This document shows, one piece after another, positions 38,607 through 48,528 of a DNA stretch of 64,000 bases. A program made the position numbers and the translations under genes. Below the pieces are notes generated by a model. The model searched no databases. It saw nothing but the letters and a program-made list of their open reading frames with translations, and had not been told where the DNA came from. The DNA comes from Ostreococcus lucimarinus. Lineage: Eukaryota. Position 1 is the stretch's first letter; every line of letters begins with the position of its first letter. The DNA lies in assembly GCA_000092065.1 (NCBI GenBank), contig CP000592.1; one strand, written 5' to 3'.

Positions 38607-38770
38607 TTCGTTCGCGCGCGCGACGAAGGCCTCGCGCGACGAAGGCGTCGCGTTTCGCTGATTGTAACACATTGTAACGCGCGCTAGCGCTAGACGACGT
38701 CCCCGGCGTCTCCGCGACGCGCGCGTCGACTCGCCCCGCGATTTCCTCGCCGCTCGCTTCCCCCCCCCGG

Positions 38771-39211
38771 TCACCCCGCAAACGTCGCCGAATCGTATCC
38801 CATGTTTTCTCGCGCCACGTCCTCGAACGTCACGTACACGCGCGTTCCCGCGATTCCGAACGTCTCGCCCAACAGCGCGCACACGTCCTCGCTCACCGCC
38901 TTGTTATTCTCCAGATCGATCCCTCCCAGGCTCGTCAGCCTGCACAGCGCGCAGTCGTCGTCGGACCCTCCCCAGACGATGTCCGCGCGGTCCACGACGC
39001 ACACCGCGACGTAGCTCTCGGGCTTTTTCAGCGTCTTCGCGACGCTTCGGCTCGCCGCGAGCATGAACGCGCGCTTCCTCGACCCCATGTCCACGTTCGT
39101 GTGCACGACGAGCGTCGGATCGCCCGGCAGGTCGACGAGGTCGCGCCTGATCGCGCCGAGCGCCGCGCGCGGCGTCGCGACGCGCGCGCGGGGCGCGATC
39201 GCGACGCGCAT
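38771..39211 (-). CDS. MIF: macrophage migration inhibitory factor / D-dopachrome tautomerase family protein with 31-aa N-terminal extension
   Basis: The MIF fold sequence is PTLVVHTNV...KPESYVAVCVVDRADIVWGGSDDDCALCRLTSLGGI...RVYVTFEDV. It is preceded by MRVAIAPRARVATPRAALGAIRRDLVDLPGD, with the ATG verified at 39211. Confidence 0.6.
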   Translation of the reverse strand: MRVAIAPRARVATPRAALGAIRRDLVDLPGDPTLVVHTNVDMGSRKRAFMLAASRSVAKTLKKPESYVAVCVVDRADIVWGGSDDDCALCRLTSLGGIDLENNKAVSEDVCALLGETFGIAGTRVYVTFEDVARENMGYDSATFAG

Positions 39212-39259
39212 TCGCGCCGGGCGTCGCGATCTGCCGACGCCGCACTTCGCGACGCGCCG

Positions 39260-42200
39260 ATGCAGCCGCCGCCGATCGGGCCGCCGCCGATCGGCGCGCC
39301 GCGACGCGCGCCGCCGCCGATCGGCGCGCCGGGCGCGGACGCGGGCGCGCGCGACGCGCGTTCGACGCACGATTGGCGCGGCGCGCCGGGACGCGGGATG
39401 GATGGGCCGGACGCGCGCGCGGCGCGCGCGGGCGAACCGAACGGGCAAACGCACGCGGGCGGTCAGACGCACGTCGCGCCGGGCGCGGTCGCGGCGGACG
39501 CGCGCGCGGGCGCGGGACGGGGCGCGCCGGCGATGGGATCGAGCGGCGGATTCGACGGAGGCGGCGGATTCGCGAGCGCGAGCGCGCCGACGCCGGGGGC
39601 GCCGGGGACCGGGATCGCGCCGCCGGTGACGATGGGACGCGCGATGGGAGGGATGCACGCGCCGCCGGCGATGGGAGGGATGGCGGCGATGGCGCACGGA
39701 CAGGGGATGGTGCCGTCGACGGCGAGCGCGCCGCCGATTGGCGCGCCGCCGATCGGCGCGCCGCCGCAGTCGCCGCAGTATCCAACGCAGTATCCAACGC
39801 AGTATCCGCCGCAGTATCCGCCGCAGTCGCCGATGGGGATGGCACCGCAACCGCCGATGGGGGCGATGGCGCCGCCGCCGGTGCCAGGTCCGGGGATGCC
39901 CGCGATGGGAGGGTACCCGCAGGCGGGCGGTTACGGCGCGCCGGCGATGAACTTTGTGGAGGATTTCGCGTCTCTGAACCTCGGTCCGGGCGGTGGTCCC
40001 GGTGGGGAGGCTGGAATGGATCCCGCGACGTTTCCTCGACCGGGCGACGACGAAGCGCGTCCGAACTTGGAGCTTTCGTGCGATCCCAAGTACATGCGTC
40101 TGACGTGCGGGGCGCTGCCGTCGAGCCCGAGCTTGAAGACGAGGTTCGCCATGCCGCTGGGATGCATCGTCCAGCCGCTCAGACCTGGAGATGAGACGAC
40201 GGTGAAGACGGCGCATTTCGGGAGCTCGGGTATCGTGCGATGCCGCAGATGTCGAACTTACATAAACCCTTTCGTGCAATTCACAGACGGCGGGCGGCGA
40301 TTTAGGTGCAACGTGTGCGCGCTGCCCAACGAAGTGCCGGTGGATTACTTTTGCACGCTCGACGCGAACGGGGTGCGTCGAGACATCGCCGAGCGCCCTG
40401 AGTTGAACAGTGGAACGGTTGAATTTTTAGCGAGCCAAGAGTACATGGTGCGACCGCCGATGCCGCCGTCCTACTTCTTCGCCTTGGACGTGTCGCACAC
40501 GGCGGTGAATAGCGGCTTTTTGAAACAAACGGTGGAGGTGATTCGGGACTCCCTCGACGTCATGTCGAAGAAGAGCGAGCGCACGCGGGTCGGATTCTTG
40601 ACGTACGATTCGACGTTACACTTTTATAGCCTGAAGGCGAATCAGTCTCAGCCGCAAATGATGGTAGTCGCCGAGCTCGACGACCCGTTTTGTCCGATGC
40701 CAGACGACTTGCTGGTGAATCTCGCCGAGTCGCGCGCGGTGATTGATGCATTTTTAGACATGGTGTGCGATACGTACGCGCAGACGCAAAACATGGAAAG
40801 TGCCATGGGCCCGGCGATTCAAGCCGCGTTCTTAGCTATGTCTCACATCGGTGGTAAGCTTCTCGTGTTCCAATCCTGCCTGCCCACGCTCGGCGCGGGA
40901 CGCATGATCAACCGCGACGACACGCGAGCGAGCACGGATAGCACGAAGGAACACCTGCTTCGCGGCCCGGTCGATGGTTTCTTCAAGAAGACCTCGGCAG
41001 AGTGCTCACGACATCAGATTTGTATCGATTTGTACACCATCGCGGCGCCGTTCTCTGATTTGGCCTCCATGGCGGTGTTGTGCAAGTTCACCGGAGGCGA
41101 GTTGCGACATTACCCCGGTTTTACGCCGGACAAGGATGGGGTAAAGTACGCAAAGGAGCTGAAAAATAATCTCACGCGCTTCACCGCGTGGGAAGCCGTG
41201 TGTCGGGTGCGATGCAGTCGAGGATTTAGAATCTGCGCCTTCAACGGGCACTTCTTCATTCGATCGATGGACTTGCTCGCGCTCCCGGCGACGGATGGCG
41301 ACAAGGCGTACGGCGTGCACATCGCGCACGACGAAGTGGTTCCGAGCACGAACATTTCGTACTTGCAGTGTGCGCTACTGTACACCTCCGCAGAAGGAGA
41401 ACGCAGAATCCGAGTGCACACGATGGCGGTTCCGGTGGTGACAGACATAGCAGAGATGTACCGCGCCGTGGACTGCGGCGCCATGGGCGCGTTCATGGCG
41501 CGTTTGGGCGCCGAGCGCACGCTCACGGTGCGATTGCAAGATGCGCGCGAGGCGGTGATGACCAAGGTTGTCGCCACGTTGCGTGAGTTCAAGTTGCTCA
41601 ACACGCAAGCGTCGAGAGCGTTCAATAGGCTCATCTTCCCCGAGAGCATGAAGTTACTTCCGTTGTGGATCTTCGCCGCGAGCAAGAGCACGGCGATGCG
41701 AGGCGGCCCGCGAGACGTCCCCGTCGACGCGCGGATCGCCGCTGTGTACGACTTCATGTCTGCCTCGACGGAAGAAATCTTAAAGCTGCTGTATCCCACG
41801 ATGCACGCCTTGCACACGATGCCCGAGGAAGCGGGTACGAAGGACGAATACGGCAGAGTGATTTTGCCGCCGCGCACCGTCCTCGCGGGCGAGCGCATCG
41901 ACGCTCGCGGCGCCTACCTCGTCGACGACGGTCGTCGCCTGCTTTTATGGCTCGGAAAGATGCTCGACCCACAGTTCGTCGCCGCTTTGTTCGGCCCTAG
42001 CGGTCCTCCGAGCGCGGATGTGGACTGCAACCTCCCTCATCTGGACACCGACGTCTCGCGTCGCGCGCGCGCCGTCGTCGACGACATACGCGCCGAGGCG
42101 TCCCGCGCGCGTCATCTCGCCCTCACCGTCGTCATCCAAGGCCATCCGAGTGAGACGCAATTATTCCCTTACCTCATCGAAGATCGAGGCGCGGCCAACG

Positions 42201-42271
42201 TGCCCGGCGCGTCGTCCTACGGCGAGTTCCTAGTGCAGCTTCACAGGCAAGTCTCCGCCGCGCAGCGGTGA
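39260..42271 (+). CDS. SEC24: COPII coat protein Sec24
   Basis: A Pro/Gly/Met-rich disordered N-terminus comes first. It is followed by the Sec23/24 zinc finger (CRRCRTYINPFVQF...FRCNVCALPN), trunk, beta-sandwich, helical and gelsolin-like regions. I chose the ATG at 39260 (MQPPPIGPP), and the track ORF starts at 39101. Confidence 0.8.
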   Translation: MQPPPIGPPPIGAPRRAPPPIGAPGADAGARDARSTHDWRGAPGRGMDGPDARAARAGEPNGQTHAGGQTHVAPGAVAADARAGAGRGAPAMGSSGGFDGGGGFASASAPTPGAPGTGIAPPVTMGRAMGGMHAPPAMGGMAAMAHGQGMVPSTASAPPIGAPPIGAPPQSPQYPTQYPTQYPPQYPPQSPMGMAPQPPMGAMAPPPVPGPGMPAMGGYPQAGGYGAPAMNFVEDFASLNLGPGGGPGGEAGMDPATFPRPGDDEARPNLELSCDPKYMRLTCGALPSSPSLKTRFAMPLGCIVQPLRPGDETTVKTAHFGSSGIVRCRRCRTYINPFVQFTDGGRRFRCNVCALPNEVPVDYFCTLDANGVRRDIAERPELNSGTVEFLASQEYMVRPPMPPSYFFALDVSHTAVNSGFLKQTVEVIRDSLDVMSKKSERTRVGFLTYDSTLHFYSLKANQSQPQMMVVAELDDPFCPMPDDLLVNLAESRAVIDAFLDMVCDTYAQTQNMESAMGPAIQAAFLAMSHIGGKLLVFQSCLPTLGAGRMINRDDTRASTDSTKEHLLRGPVDGFFKKTSAECSRHQICIDLYTIAAPFSDLASMAVLCKFTGGELRHYPGFTPDKDGVKYAKELKNNLTRFTAWEAVCRVRCSRGFRICAFNGHFFIRSMDLLALPATDGDKAYGVHIAHDEVVPSTNISYLQCALLYTSAEGERRIRVHTMAVPVVTDIAEMYRAVDCGAMGAFMARLGAERTLTVRLQDAREAVMTKVVATLREFKLLNTQASRAFNRLIFPESMKLLPLWIFAASKSTAMRGGPRDVPVDARIAAVYDFMSASTEEILKLLYPTMHALHTMPEEAGTKDEYGRVILPPRTVLAGERIDARGAYLVDDGRRLLLWLGKMLDPQFVAALFGPSGPPSADVDCNLPHLDTDVSRRARAVVDDIRAEASRARHLALTVVIQGHPSETQLFPYLIEDRGAANVPGASSYGEFLVQLHRQVSAAQR

Positions 42272-42435
42272 CCACGGACAAAGTCCGTGTGTTAAATACA
42301 ATCACACATCTTTCATACCATAAAAACAGACACATTGCGCACCGAGACTCGTATAATAACATGGTCAAAAGTGCCAAAGACCTTCCGACGCCCGCGGCGC
42401 GATCCGTCTTTACGCGACGCCCTCGAACGCTCGCC

Positions 42436-42444
42436 ATGGACAAG
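42436..42444 (+). CDS. RPL13A: 60S ribosomal protein L13a (uL13), exon 1 (ATG GAC AAG)
   Basis: Proposed three-codon first exon ends at donor AAG|gtacgg. The acceptor is cacccgcag|GTT at 42632/42633. Adding it supplies the missing Met to exon 2. Confidence 0.45.
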
Positions 42445-42632
42445 GTACGGCGCGCGCCGAGCGCGTCGAAGCGCACGTCTTCATCGACATCGCGCGCGTT
42501 CGCGATCGACTCGATCGACGCGCGCGACGCGCGCGACATCGACGCGACGCCCCGCATCGCGTAGGGTTTCGCGATCGACCACGACGCCGACGCGCGAAGA
42601 CTGACGCCGACGCGCGCGCGACGCACCCGCAG

Positions 42633-42716
42633 GTTATCGTCATCGACGCCAAGGGACACCTTTTCGGGCGATTGGCCTCGATCGTCTCCAAGCAGTTGTT
42701 GCAAGGCCAGCACGTG
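42633..42716 (+). CDS. RPL13A: 60S ribosomal protein L13a, exon 2
   Basis: Exon 2 encodes [28 protein letters not shown], collinear with the plant/animal L13a N-terminus. The donor is GTG|gtgcgt at 42716/42717. Confidence 0.6.
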
Positions 42717-43009
42717 GTGCGTATCGATTTCGGCGACGCGCGCGCGTTCGCGTTGGGCGCGCGATCATCGCGTCGCGCGCGCGCACCGTGGAGGCGACGG
42801 AGCGCGACGCGATGGCGAGCGATGGATATGGTGGTATTCATGCGATGATTCGCGCGCGCGTTGGACGTCGACAAGACGCAGATGAGGCGCGGGACGATGG
42901 GATGTCGGTCGCATCGGTGGTGGCGGATTAGGGCTTTGACGCGCGAGACGCGCGAACGACGAACGCGAAGACTGACGAAAGCACGCGCGATGGTTTGCGT
43001 AACGAATAG

Positions 43010-43516
43010 GTTGTGGTTCGCACCGAGGGTATCTGCATGTCCGGTGGTATGGTTCGTCGTCGCATGGCGCACGACCGCTACAAGAACAAGAGGATGAACA
43101 CGAACCCGAAGAAGGGTCCGTACCACTACACGTCGCCGTCTCGACTCTTCTGGAAGACGGTTCGCGGTATGCTTCCGCACAAGACTGTGCGTGGTGCGGC
43201 TGCTTTCGAACGCTTCAAGGCGTACGAAGGCATCCCGGCGCCGTACGACAAGGTTAAGCGCGCGGTCGTTCCGGAAGCGCTCAAGGTGTTGCGCCTCGGT
43301 GAGGGGCACCGTTTCTGCGTGCTCGGCGACTTCTGCGAACAAATCGGGTGGAAGCATGGTGCGATCGTGAAGGAGCTCGAGGCGAAGCGCCAAACTGCGG
43401 CGTCTGAGTACTGGGCGCAGAAGAAGGAGGCTAACTCCAAGTTTGCCGCGGCCAAGGCTGCGGCGAATGCGCAACTCGGCGATTTGCAACAGTTGATCGA
43501 AGCCACCGGGTATTAG
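43010..43516 (+). CDS. RPL13A: 60S ribosomal protein L13a, exon 3
   Basis: The acceptor is acgaatag|GTTGTG. It encodes [13 protein letters not shown]...[14 protein letters not shown]...[15 protein letters not shown]... to the stop. The track's M at 43013 is really a GTG codon (Val). Confidence 0.8.
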   Translation, partial: [168 protein letters not shown]

Positions 43517-43667
43517 ATTTTTGACACTCGCCAAAAAATAGTAGGTGTGTAGTCGAAAAAGGTTGTGAATGAGATGAGAAAGTTTCAAATTAAATCAATT
43601 TCCAAACTAAAGCGCGCCTTTGCGCAGTTGCCTTTGCGAGAGCGCGCCGCTTAAAACCGCTCGGCGC

Positions 43668-44852
43668 TTAATACCGGAAGTCTCGAACGGTCTTGAAGAA
43701 GTGTCCAACGTTTTCCTCTGGGGTGCCGACCATGACCCCGTGACCGAGATTCATGACGTGCTTCTTGTTTCCAGCCTTGGCGATCGTTTCGTGCACCTTT
43801 TTCGTGATGAAATCTTGCGACGCAAAGAGGTGGAGCGGATCCATGTTCCCTTGCACCGCCTGATCCATACCGAGTCGAGCGCGCGCGTCCGCCATGTCAA
43901 TCGTCCCGTCTAAGCTGATAACATCCGCGTTCGTCGTCGCTAAGCGCTCCAAGAAACCGGCACTTCCAGAGCTGTAAAGGATGAGCGGCACGTGTGGGTG
44001 GGTTTGCTTGCACTCGGCGACGATGCGTTGGAGGTACGGCAGGCAGTACACTTCGAAATCCGCGGGCGAAAACTCGCTTGCCCACGAGTCGAAAATTTGC
44101 ACCACTTGCGCCCCAGAGTCCGCTTGGTACCGCGTGTACTCGATCACGGCGTCCGTGAGCTTATTCATGAGCGCCTCGTACACCGCTGGCGAATCGAACG
44201 CCATTTTCTTAATCACCTTGTAGTGCGAGCTCGTCCCGCCCTCGACGATGTAAGACGCCAACGTAAACGGCGCTCCACAAAACCCGAGCAGCGTCGCCTC
44301 GTTCCCAATTTCATTTCTCAACACCTTCAACGACTCCCCGACGAACGGCACGCTCTTCTCCGGCTCCAACGGCGTGATGCTCTTGATATCGTCCATCTCG
44401 CGCACCGGGTTGAAGATGATCGGCCCCGTTCCCTTTACGATGTCGAACGGAATGTTCATCCCTTGCAACGGCGTGAGAATATCGCTGAACAAAATCACCC
44501 CATCGGGTTTAAACGCCTCGTACGGCTGCAGCGAGATCTCTACCGCGAGATCCACCGTCTCGCTTCGCTCTCGAAACGTCGTGTGCTTTTTGCACAAGTC
44601 TTGATACACCTTCATGTATCTCCCCGCCTGTCGCATCATCCAGATCGGCGGTCGCTCGACGTCTTCGCCTCGGATCGCGCGCAGCATGAGCGGATCGATG
44701 TCACCGCTCGACGCGCGCGCGCACGGCGCGCGGCGCACCGCGCGAGGGCGTCGGGACGCCGCGAGCGGTTTTTGGGCGCGCGCGCGGCGAACGACGTCGC
44801 GCGCGCGGGCGTCGGCGACGTCGGCGAGCGTCGAGGCGCGCAAGGTGGACAT
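43668..44852 (-). CDS. HEME: uroporphyrinogen decarboxylase (HemE), plastid-targeted
   Basis: UROD shows full-length similarity (PPIWMMRQAGRYMKVYQ...ILFSDILTPLQGMN...). A transit-like N-terminus is present, and the ATG at 44852 was verified. Confidence 0.9.
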   Translation of the reverse strand: MSTLRASTLADVADARARDVVRRARAQKPLAASRRPRAVRRAPCARASSGDIDPLMLRAIRGEDVERPPIWMMRQAGRYMKVYQDLCKKHTTFRERSETVDLAVEISLQPYEAFKPDGVILFSDILTPLQGMNIPFDIVKGTGPIIFNPVREMDDIKSITPLEPEKSVPFVGESLKVLRNEIGNEATLLGFCGAPFTLASYIVEGGTSSHYKVIKKMAFDSPAVYEALMNKLTDAVIEYTRYQADSGAQVVQIFDSWASEFSPADFEVYCLPYLQRIVAECKQTHPHVPLILYSSGSAGFLERLATTNADVISLDGTIDMADARARLGMDQAVQGNMDPLHLFASQDFITKKVHETIAKAGNKKHVMNLGHGVMVGTPEENVGHFFKTVRDFRY

Positions 44853-45030
44853 CGCGTCGGTGTGCGCGAGGCAGCGATGGATCCGCGGACGAGGCGATGT
44901 GTGCGGGCGCGGCTCCGGCGGCGATGGCGATCTCTCGTTATCCAGAGAGATTTTCGACGACGCGCGGAACGACGGGAGGGCGGGAAGCTACGATTGGTTG
45001 TGTAAAGCTATTACAGGAATGTTGCGCGCT

Positions 45031-48000
45031 TTACGCGGCCGTGGCGGCGTCCCATTGGATCCAGGCTGGAATACCCTCGTCGTCGTCTTCGTGCTCGTGG
45101 TCGTGGTCGACGTCGTCCTCGGCGAAGGATTCTTCGAGAGCGTCGGCGGAGTACGCGTCCGACTTTGATGCGTGCTTTTTGGACTTGTGAGAGTGTTTCG
45201 AGGAACCGTGCTGAGCGTGCGTCGAAAGGTTTTCGTCACCCTCGTCGTCGTCTTCGTCAAAGTCCGCGGAACTACTGCGATGAGAGCTCTTCTTCTTCGG
45301 CGCGCGCTCAACTGAGTCGTCCCACGGATTCTTATTGTGCTTGGAAGATTCTTTAGGGACAAAACTCTGTGATTCCGCGAGAGCCTCGAAGTCGACGCTT
45401 TCATCATGCTTCTTTCGTCCATGTCCGTGTGCATCGCGCGTGTCCTCGTCGACGTCGTCGTCGTCATCGTCGTACGAGTCGCTCGCCTTGGAGGCGCTCG
45501 AGGAGAAGAGATCGTACGAAATCTTGTGCTTCATATGTTTGGCGTCGTGCATGGAGTACGTCGAGCGGTGGTGATACAAATGATCAGCCGCGTCATCAGC
45601 GTATGTCGGCAACTTGGCGCCAGTGCGAGCAGCGACAGCTTCGCGCGGTTCTTCGTAATATTCTGTCTCGTCCACGTTTTGCTCGTCGTCAATCATGAGC
45701 GAGTTTTGATGAATTTCTGGAGGCTTGAGCGCGTCTAATCCATACGAGGTGCCCCAAAATGAACCATCGTGTCTATCTTTCGCGTACACAATTGGCTTGT
45801 CCGAAGTTGTCGAAGAAGTGACCGGGGCTTGCACAGCCGGAGCAAAGCGAGATGGCACCACTTGGCGCGCCGGCGCAAGCGCTGGACGACTTTGTGACGA
45901 TCCCGACATGGGTACCGGCTGCGCTGGCTGCTGATACGTGGCCGTCTGCTGCGGTTGCTGGTACGTAGTCGGCTGCGCTGGCTGCTGATACGTGGCCGTC
46001 TGCTGCGGTTGCTGGTACGTAGTCGGCTGCGCTGGCTGCTGATACGTGGCCGTCTGCTGCGGTTGCTGGTACGTAGTCGGCTGCGCTGGCTGCTGATACG
46101 TGGCCGTCTGCTGCGGTTGCTGGTACGTAGTCGGCTGCGCAGCAATCGGTTGCTGCCGCACCGTGTGATGTTTCTGCTCGCGGTCAGCTTGCGGTTGTTC
46201 CTTGTGACTGCTGTGTCTCGGCTCGACTTCTTCGAACTCGTCCGAAATGTCGCTCTTGTGATGCTTCTGCTCGCGATTCGGTCCGCCGTTCTGGTTTTCT
46301 TGCGTGAAATCTACGGGCGGTAAACCTCTCGACGCCTTCTCCCAGGGCGCCGCGTGGCCTTCGAATCCCAATGTGCTAGAACTATTGACCTCGGTTGCGT
46401 TCGTCTCAATGCCAGTCAGCGACTGCTGTTCCGCTGCGTTCGGGCTGGTGGTTGGAACTGGGGAAGATGAGGCCGGCGCCACGGGCGTAGGTAACACGTC
46501 CGTTGAAGTAGCTGCCTCAATGCCAGTCAGCGACTGCTGTTCCGCTGCGTTCGGGCTGGTGGTTGGAACTGGGGAAGATGAGGCCGGCGCCACGGGCGTA
46601 GGTAACACGTCCGTTGAAGTAGCTGCCTCAATGCCAGTCAGCGACTGCTGTTCCGCTGCGTTCGGGCTGGTGGTTGGAACTGGGGAAGATGAGGCCGGCG
46701 CCACGGGCGTAGGTAACACGTCCGTTGAAGTAGCTGCCTTCATCGCGTCAGCCAGCGTCATGGGATCTGAGTACTCCTCTGATGCGTCTTCCTGCGATGC
46801 ACCAAGCCTCGCTGCCGTCGGACGTGGCAACGCTTGCGCCTGTTCTGCCGGTGTGGTTCGACCAGCGTTTGTCGTGACGTTACCACCACTCACCTCAGAG
46901 TCGTCGTGAAACGCGCCGAGGGACGCTTGGAAGTGTTCCATGCTCCAGAAATCTTGATGCTTCCCAGCGCGTTGCATTTTCCAACCCCAGAAAAAGTTTG
47001 GCATGTTTGCGACCTCAAAAGCTCGCATTTGACCCCTGTACACAGCATGTTTCACTCTATCTTCGTCGCAGCCCATGGCGCTGTCGTGATGCGTCGCGAG
47101 CGACCACTCGCCCACACTAAATTGGTGCACTCCGATGTCCTCCGCCGTGCGCTTCACCTTCGCGATGTGCCCGGCCATGGCAGATCGAACGGTTTCAGTG
47201 ATGTGTTGCGACGAGTCCGAGCAACTCCAAGCGCACCCAGACTTGCATCCATTCACTCCCCAAGCGAGATAGAAGTGTGTGTCTAATACCGCCCACGTTC
47301 TAAGCTCTTCGCGATCGAACCACTTTCTCATGAGTTTCCCGTACTCTTGTACTGCTAGCCCACTCGTTTCCATCAAATTGACGTACAGCTTTGGCACGCG
47401 CTTGCCCGACATCTCGCGGGGTCGCGCCACGAGCTGACGATACGCAAAGATGGCCTTCTCCATCCATGCCAGCATCGCGTCGCGTTTCGCCGGCATCAAG
47501 TGCGCGGGTTCGTTCAAAAGCGTGAAGCCATCGACAAAATCCTTATCATCCTCAGTGAGGTGGTTGTACCACTTGAACATACTGTGAATCGCGTTCACAC
47601 CCACGTCTTGAAGTTTTGCGTCGTCCCAAAACGCCGGTGGGTGCGGAGACACGCCGTTGTACGTGCCCTCCGAGCTGCCACCGGGCATGTTGTGCATGTC
47701 GACTACCACTCGCGCCCCAGTCTTCTTGTGCAAGATTCGAAGAACGTTCGTCAACGTCATCTGATCGACAGTCACCTGCGCTCGATCGCTATACTTTGGG
47801 TCTTCGACCACTCGCGTCGGGCTTTTCTCCGTGCCCATGAACGCCGCCCAATTCACAGGTAGTCGCAGCGTCTTGTATCCCACTCGCGCGATCTTCTCCA
47901 CGTCCGCGTTCGTCATCCAACTCGATCGATACGCGTTCATAATCTTCACAGTCTTCAAATTCCCATACTTCTTCGCGAGTTTCGCCACCAACTCCCCCTC

Positions 48001-48528
48001 GCTCGACCACGAAAAACCGAGCTCCTCGGCTGAATTGAAAAACGGCGGCAACACCCTTCCCTGCGCGCGCCCGAGCGGCGAATCCACCAACGTGCTCTCA
48101 CCGTTCGCGAAGAACCAATCCTCGAGGTGCAACCATCCGTTCAACGCGACGCCCGCGTTATCCGGAACGCGCGTGAACGCCTCGCGCTCGACCGGCGTCA
48201 ATCCCAGCGCCGCGCTCTCGCGCGCGCGCGCGTCCCCCGTCGCCGTCCCTCGCGCGCGCGCCCCGAGCACCGCCACCATCGCGCCGAGCGCGACGCACGC
48301 CGCGCGTCCGCGTCGCCGCGCATCCCTTCCCGCGCCGTCGCTCGCTCGAGTCGTCTTCCCGCCGCGCGCGTCGTCGCCGGCGTCGCGCGCGCCGTCGTCG
48401 GCGTCGATCTCGCCGCGCGCGCGCTCGACGTCGTACGCGTCGTCGCGCGCGCGCGCGCGGTCGCGCGTCGCGCGGGACGACGACGGACGATCGCCGCCGC
48501 GTCCGAGCAGCGCCGCGCGCTCGCTCAT
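45031..48528 (-). CDS. membrane-anchored glycoside hydrolase family 5 protein with long repetitive Ser/Thr/Pro/Gln-rich stalk and acidic tail
   Basis: An N-terminal TM helix is followed by a GH5 domain carrying the catalytic NEP and GEW motifs. About 650 aa of low-complexity sequence follow, with two families of tandem repeats. I chose the ATG at 48528, and there is an alternative at 48573. Confidence 0.7.
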   Translation of the reverse strand: MSERAALLGRGGDRPSSSRATRDRARARDDAYDVERARGEIDADDGARDAGDDARGGKTTRASDGAGRDARRRGRAACVALGAMVAVLGARARGTATGDARARESAALGLTPVEREAFTRVPDNAGVALNGWLHLEDWFFANGESTLVDSPLGRAQGRVLPPFFNSAEELGFSWSSEGELVAKLAKKYGNLKTVKIMNAYRSSWMTNADVEKIARVGYKTLRLPVNWAAFMGTEKSPTRVVEDPKYSDRAQVTVDQMTLTNVLRILHKKTGARVVVDMHNMPGGSSEGTYNGVSPHPPAFWDDAKLQDVGVNAIHSMFKWYNHLTEDDKDFVDGFTLLNEPAHLMPAKRDAMLAWMEKAIFAYRQLVARPREMSGKRVPKLYVNLMETSGLAVQEYGKLMRKWFDREELRTWAVLDTHFYLAWGVNGCKSGCAWSCSDSSQHITETVRSAMAGHIAKVKRTAEDIGVHQFSVGEWSLATHHDSAMGCDEDRVKHAVYRGQMRAFEVANMPNFFWGWKMQRAGKHQDFWSMEHFQASLGAFHDDSEVSGGNVTTNAGRTTPAEQAQALPRPTAARLGASQEDASEEYSDPMTLADAMKAATSTDVLPTPVAPASSSPVPTTSPNAAEQQSLTGIEAATSTDVLPTPVAPASSSPVPTTSPNAAEQQSLTGIEAATSTDVLPTPVAPASSSPVPTTSPNAAEQQSLTGIETNATEVNSSSTLGFEGHAAPWEKASRGLPPVDFTQENQNGGPNREQKHHKSDISDEFEEVEPRHSSHKEQPQADREQKHHTVRQQPIAAQPTTYQQPQQTATYQQPAQPTTYQQPQQTATYQQPAQPTTYQQPQQTATYQQPAQPTTYQQPQQTATYQQPAQPVPMSGSSQSRPALAPARQVVPSRFAPAVQAPVTSSTTSDKPIVYAKDRHDGSFWGTSYGLDALKPPEIHQNSLMIDDEQNVDETEYYEEPREAVAARTGAKLPTYADDAADHLYHHRSTYSMHDAKHMKHKISYDLFSSSASKASDSYDDDDDDVDEDTRDAHGHGRKKHDESVDFEALAESQSFVPKESSKHNKNPWDDSVERAPKKKSSHRSSSADFDEDDDEGDENLSTHAQHGSSKHSHKSKKHASKSDAYSADALEESFAEDDVDHDHEHEDDDEGIPAWIQWDAATAA
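45911..46130. repeat. 54-nt tandem repeat x4 (encodes TYQQPAQPTTYQQPQQTA units) inside GH5 gene
   Basis: Near-perfect copies of ggtacgtagtcggctgcgctggctgctgatacgtggccgtctgctgcggttgct are seen. Confidence 0.85.
46408..46740. repeat. 111-nt perfect tandem repeat x3 (encodes DVLPTPVAPASSSPVPTTSPNAAEQQSLTGIEAATST) inside GH5 gene
   Basis: Three essentially identical 111-nt units are seen directly. Confidence 0.9.

Noticed and set aside
43013-43015. Track start codon for the L13a ORF
   Set aside because: It is GTG, not ATG. The ORF finder evidently allows alternative starts, so it was replaced by the spliced model beginning at 42436.
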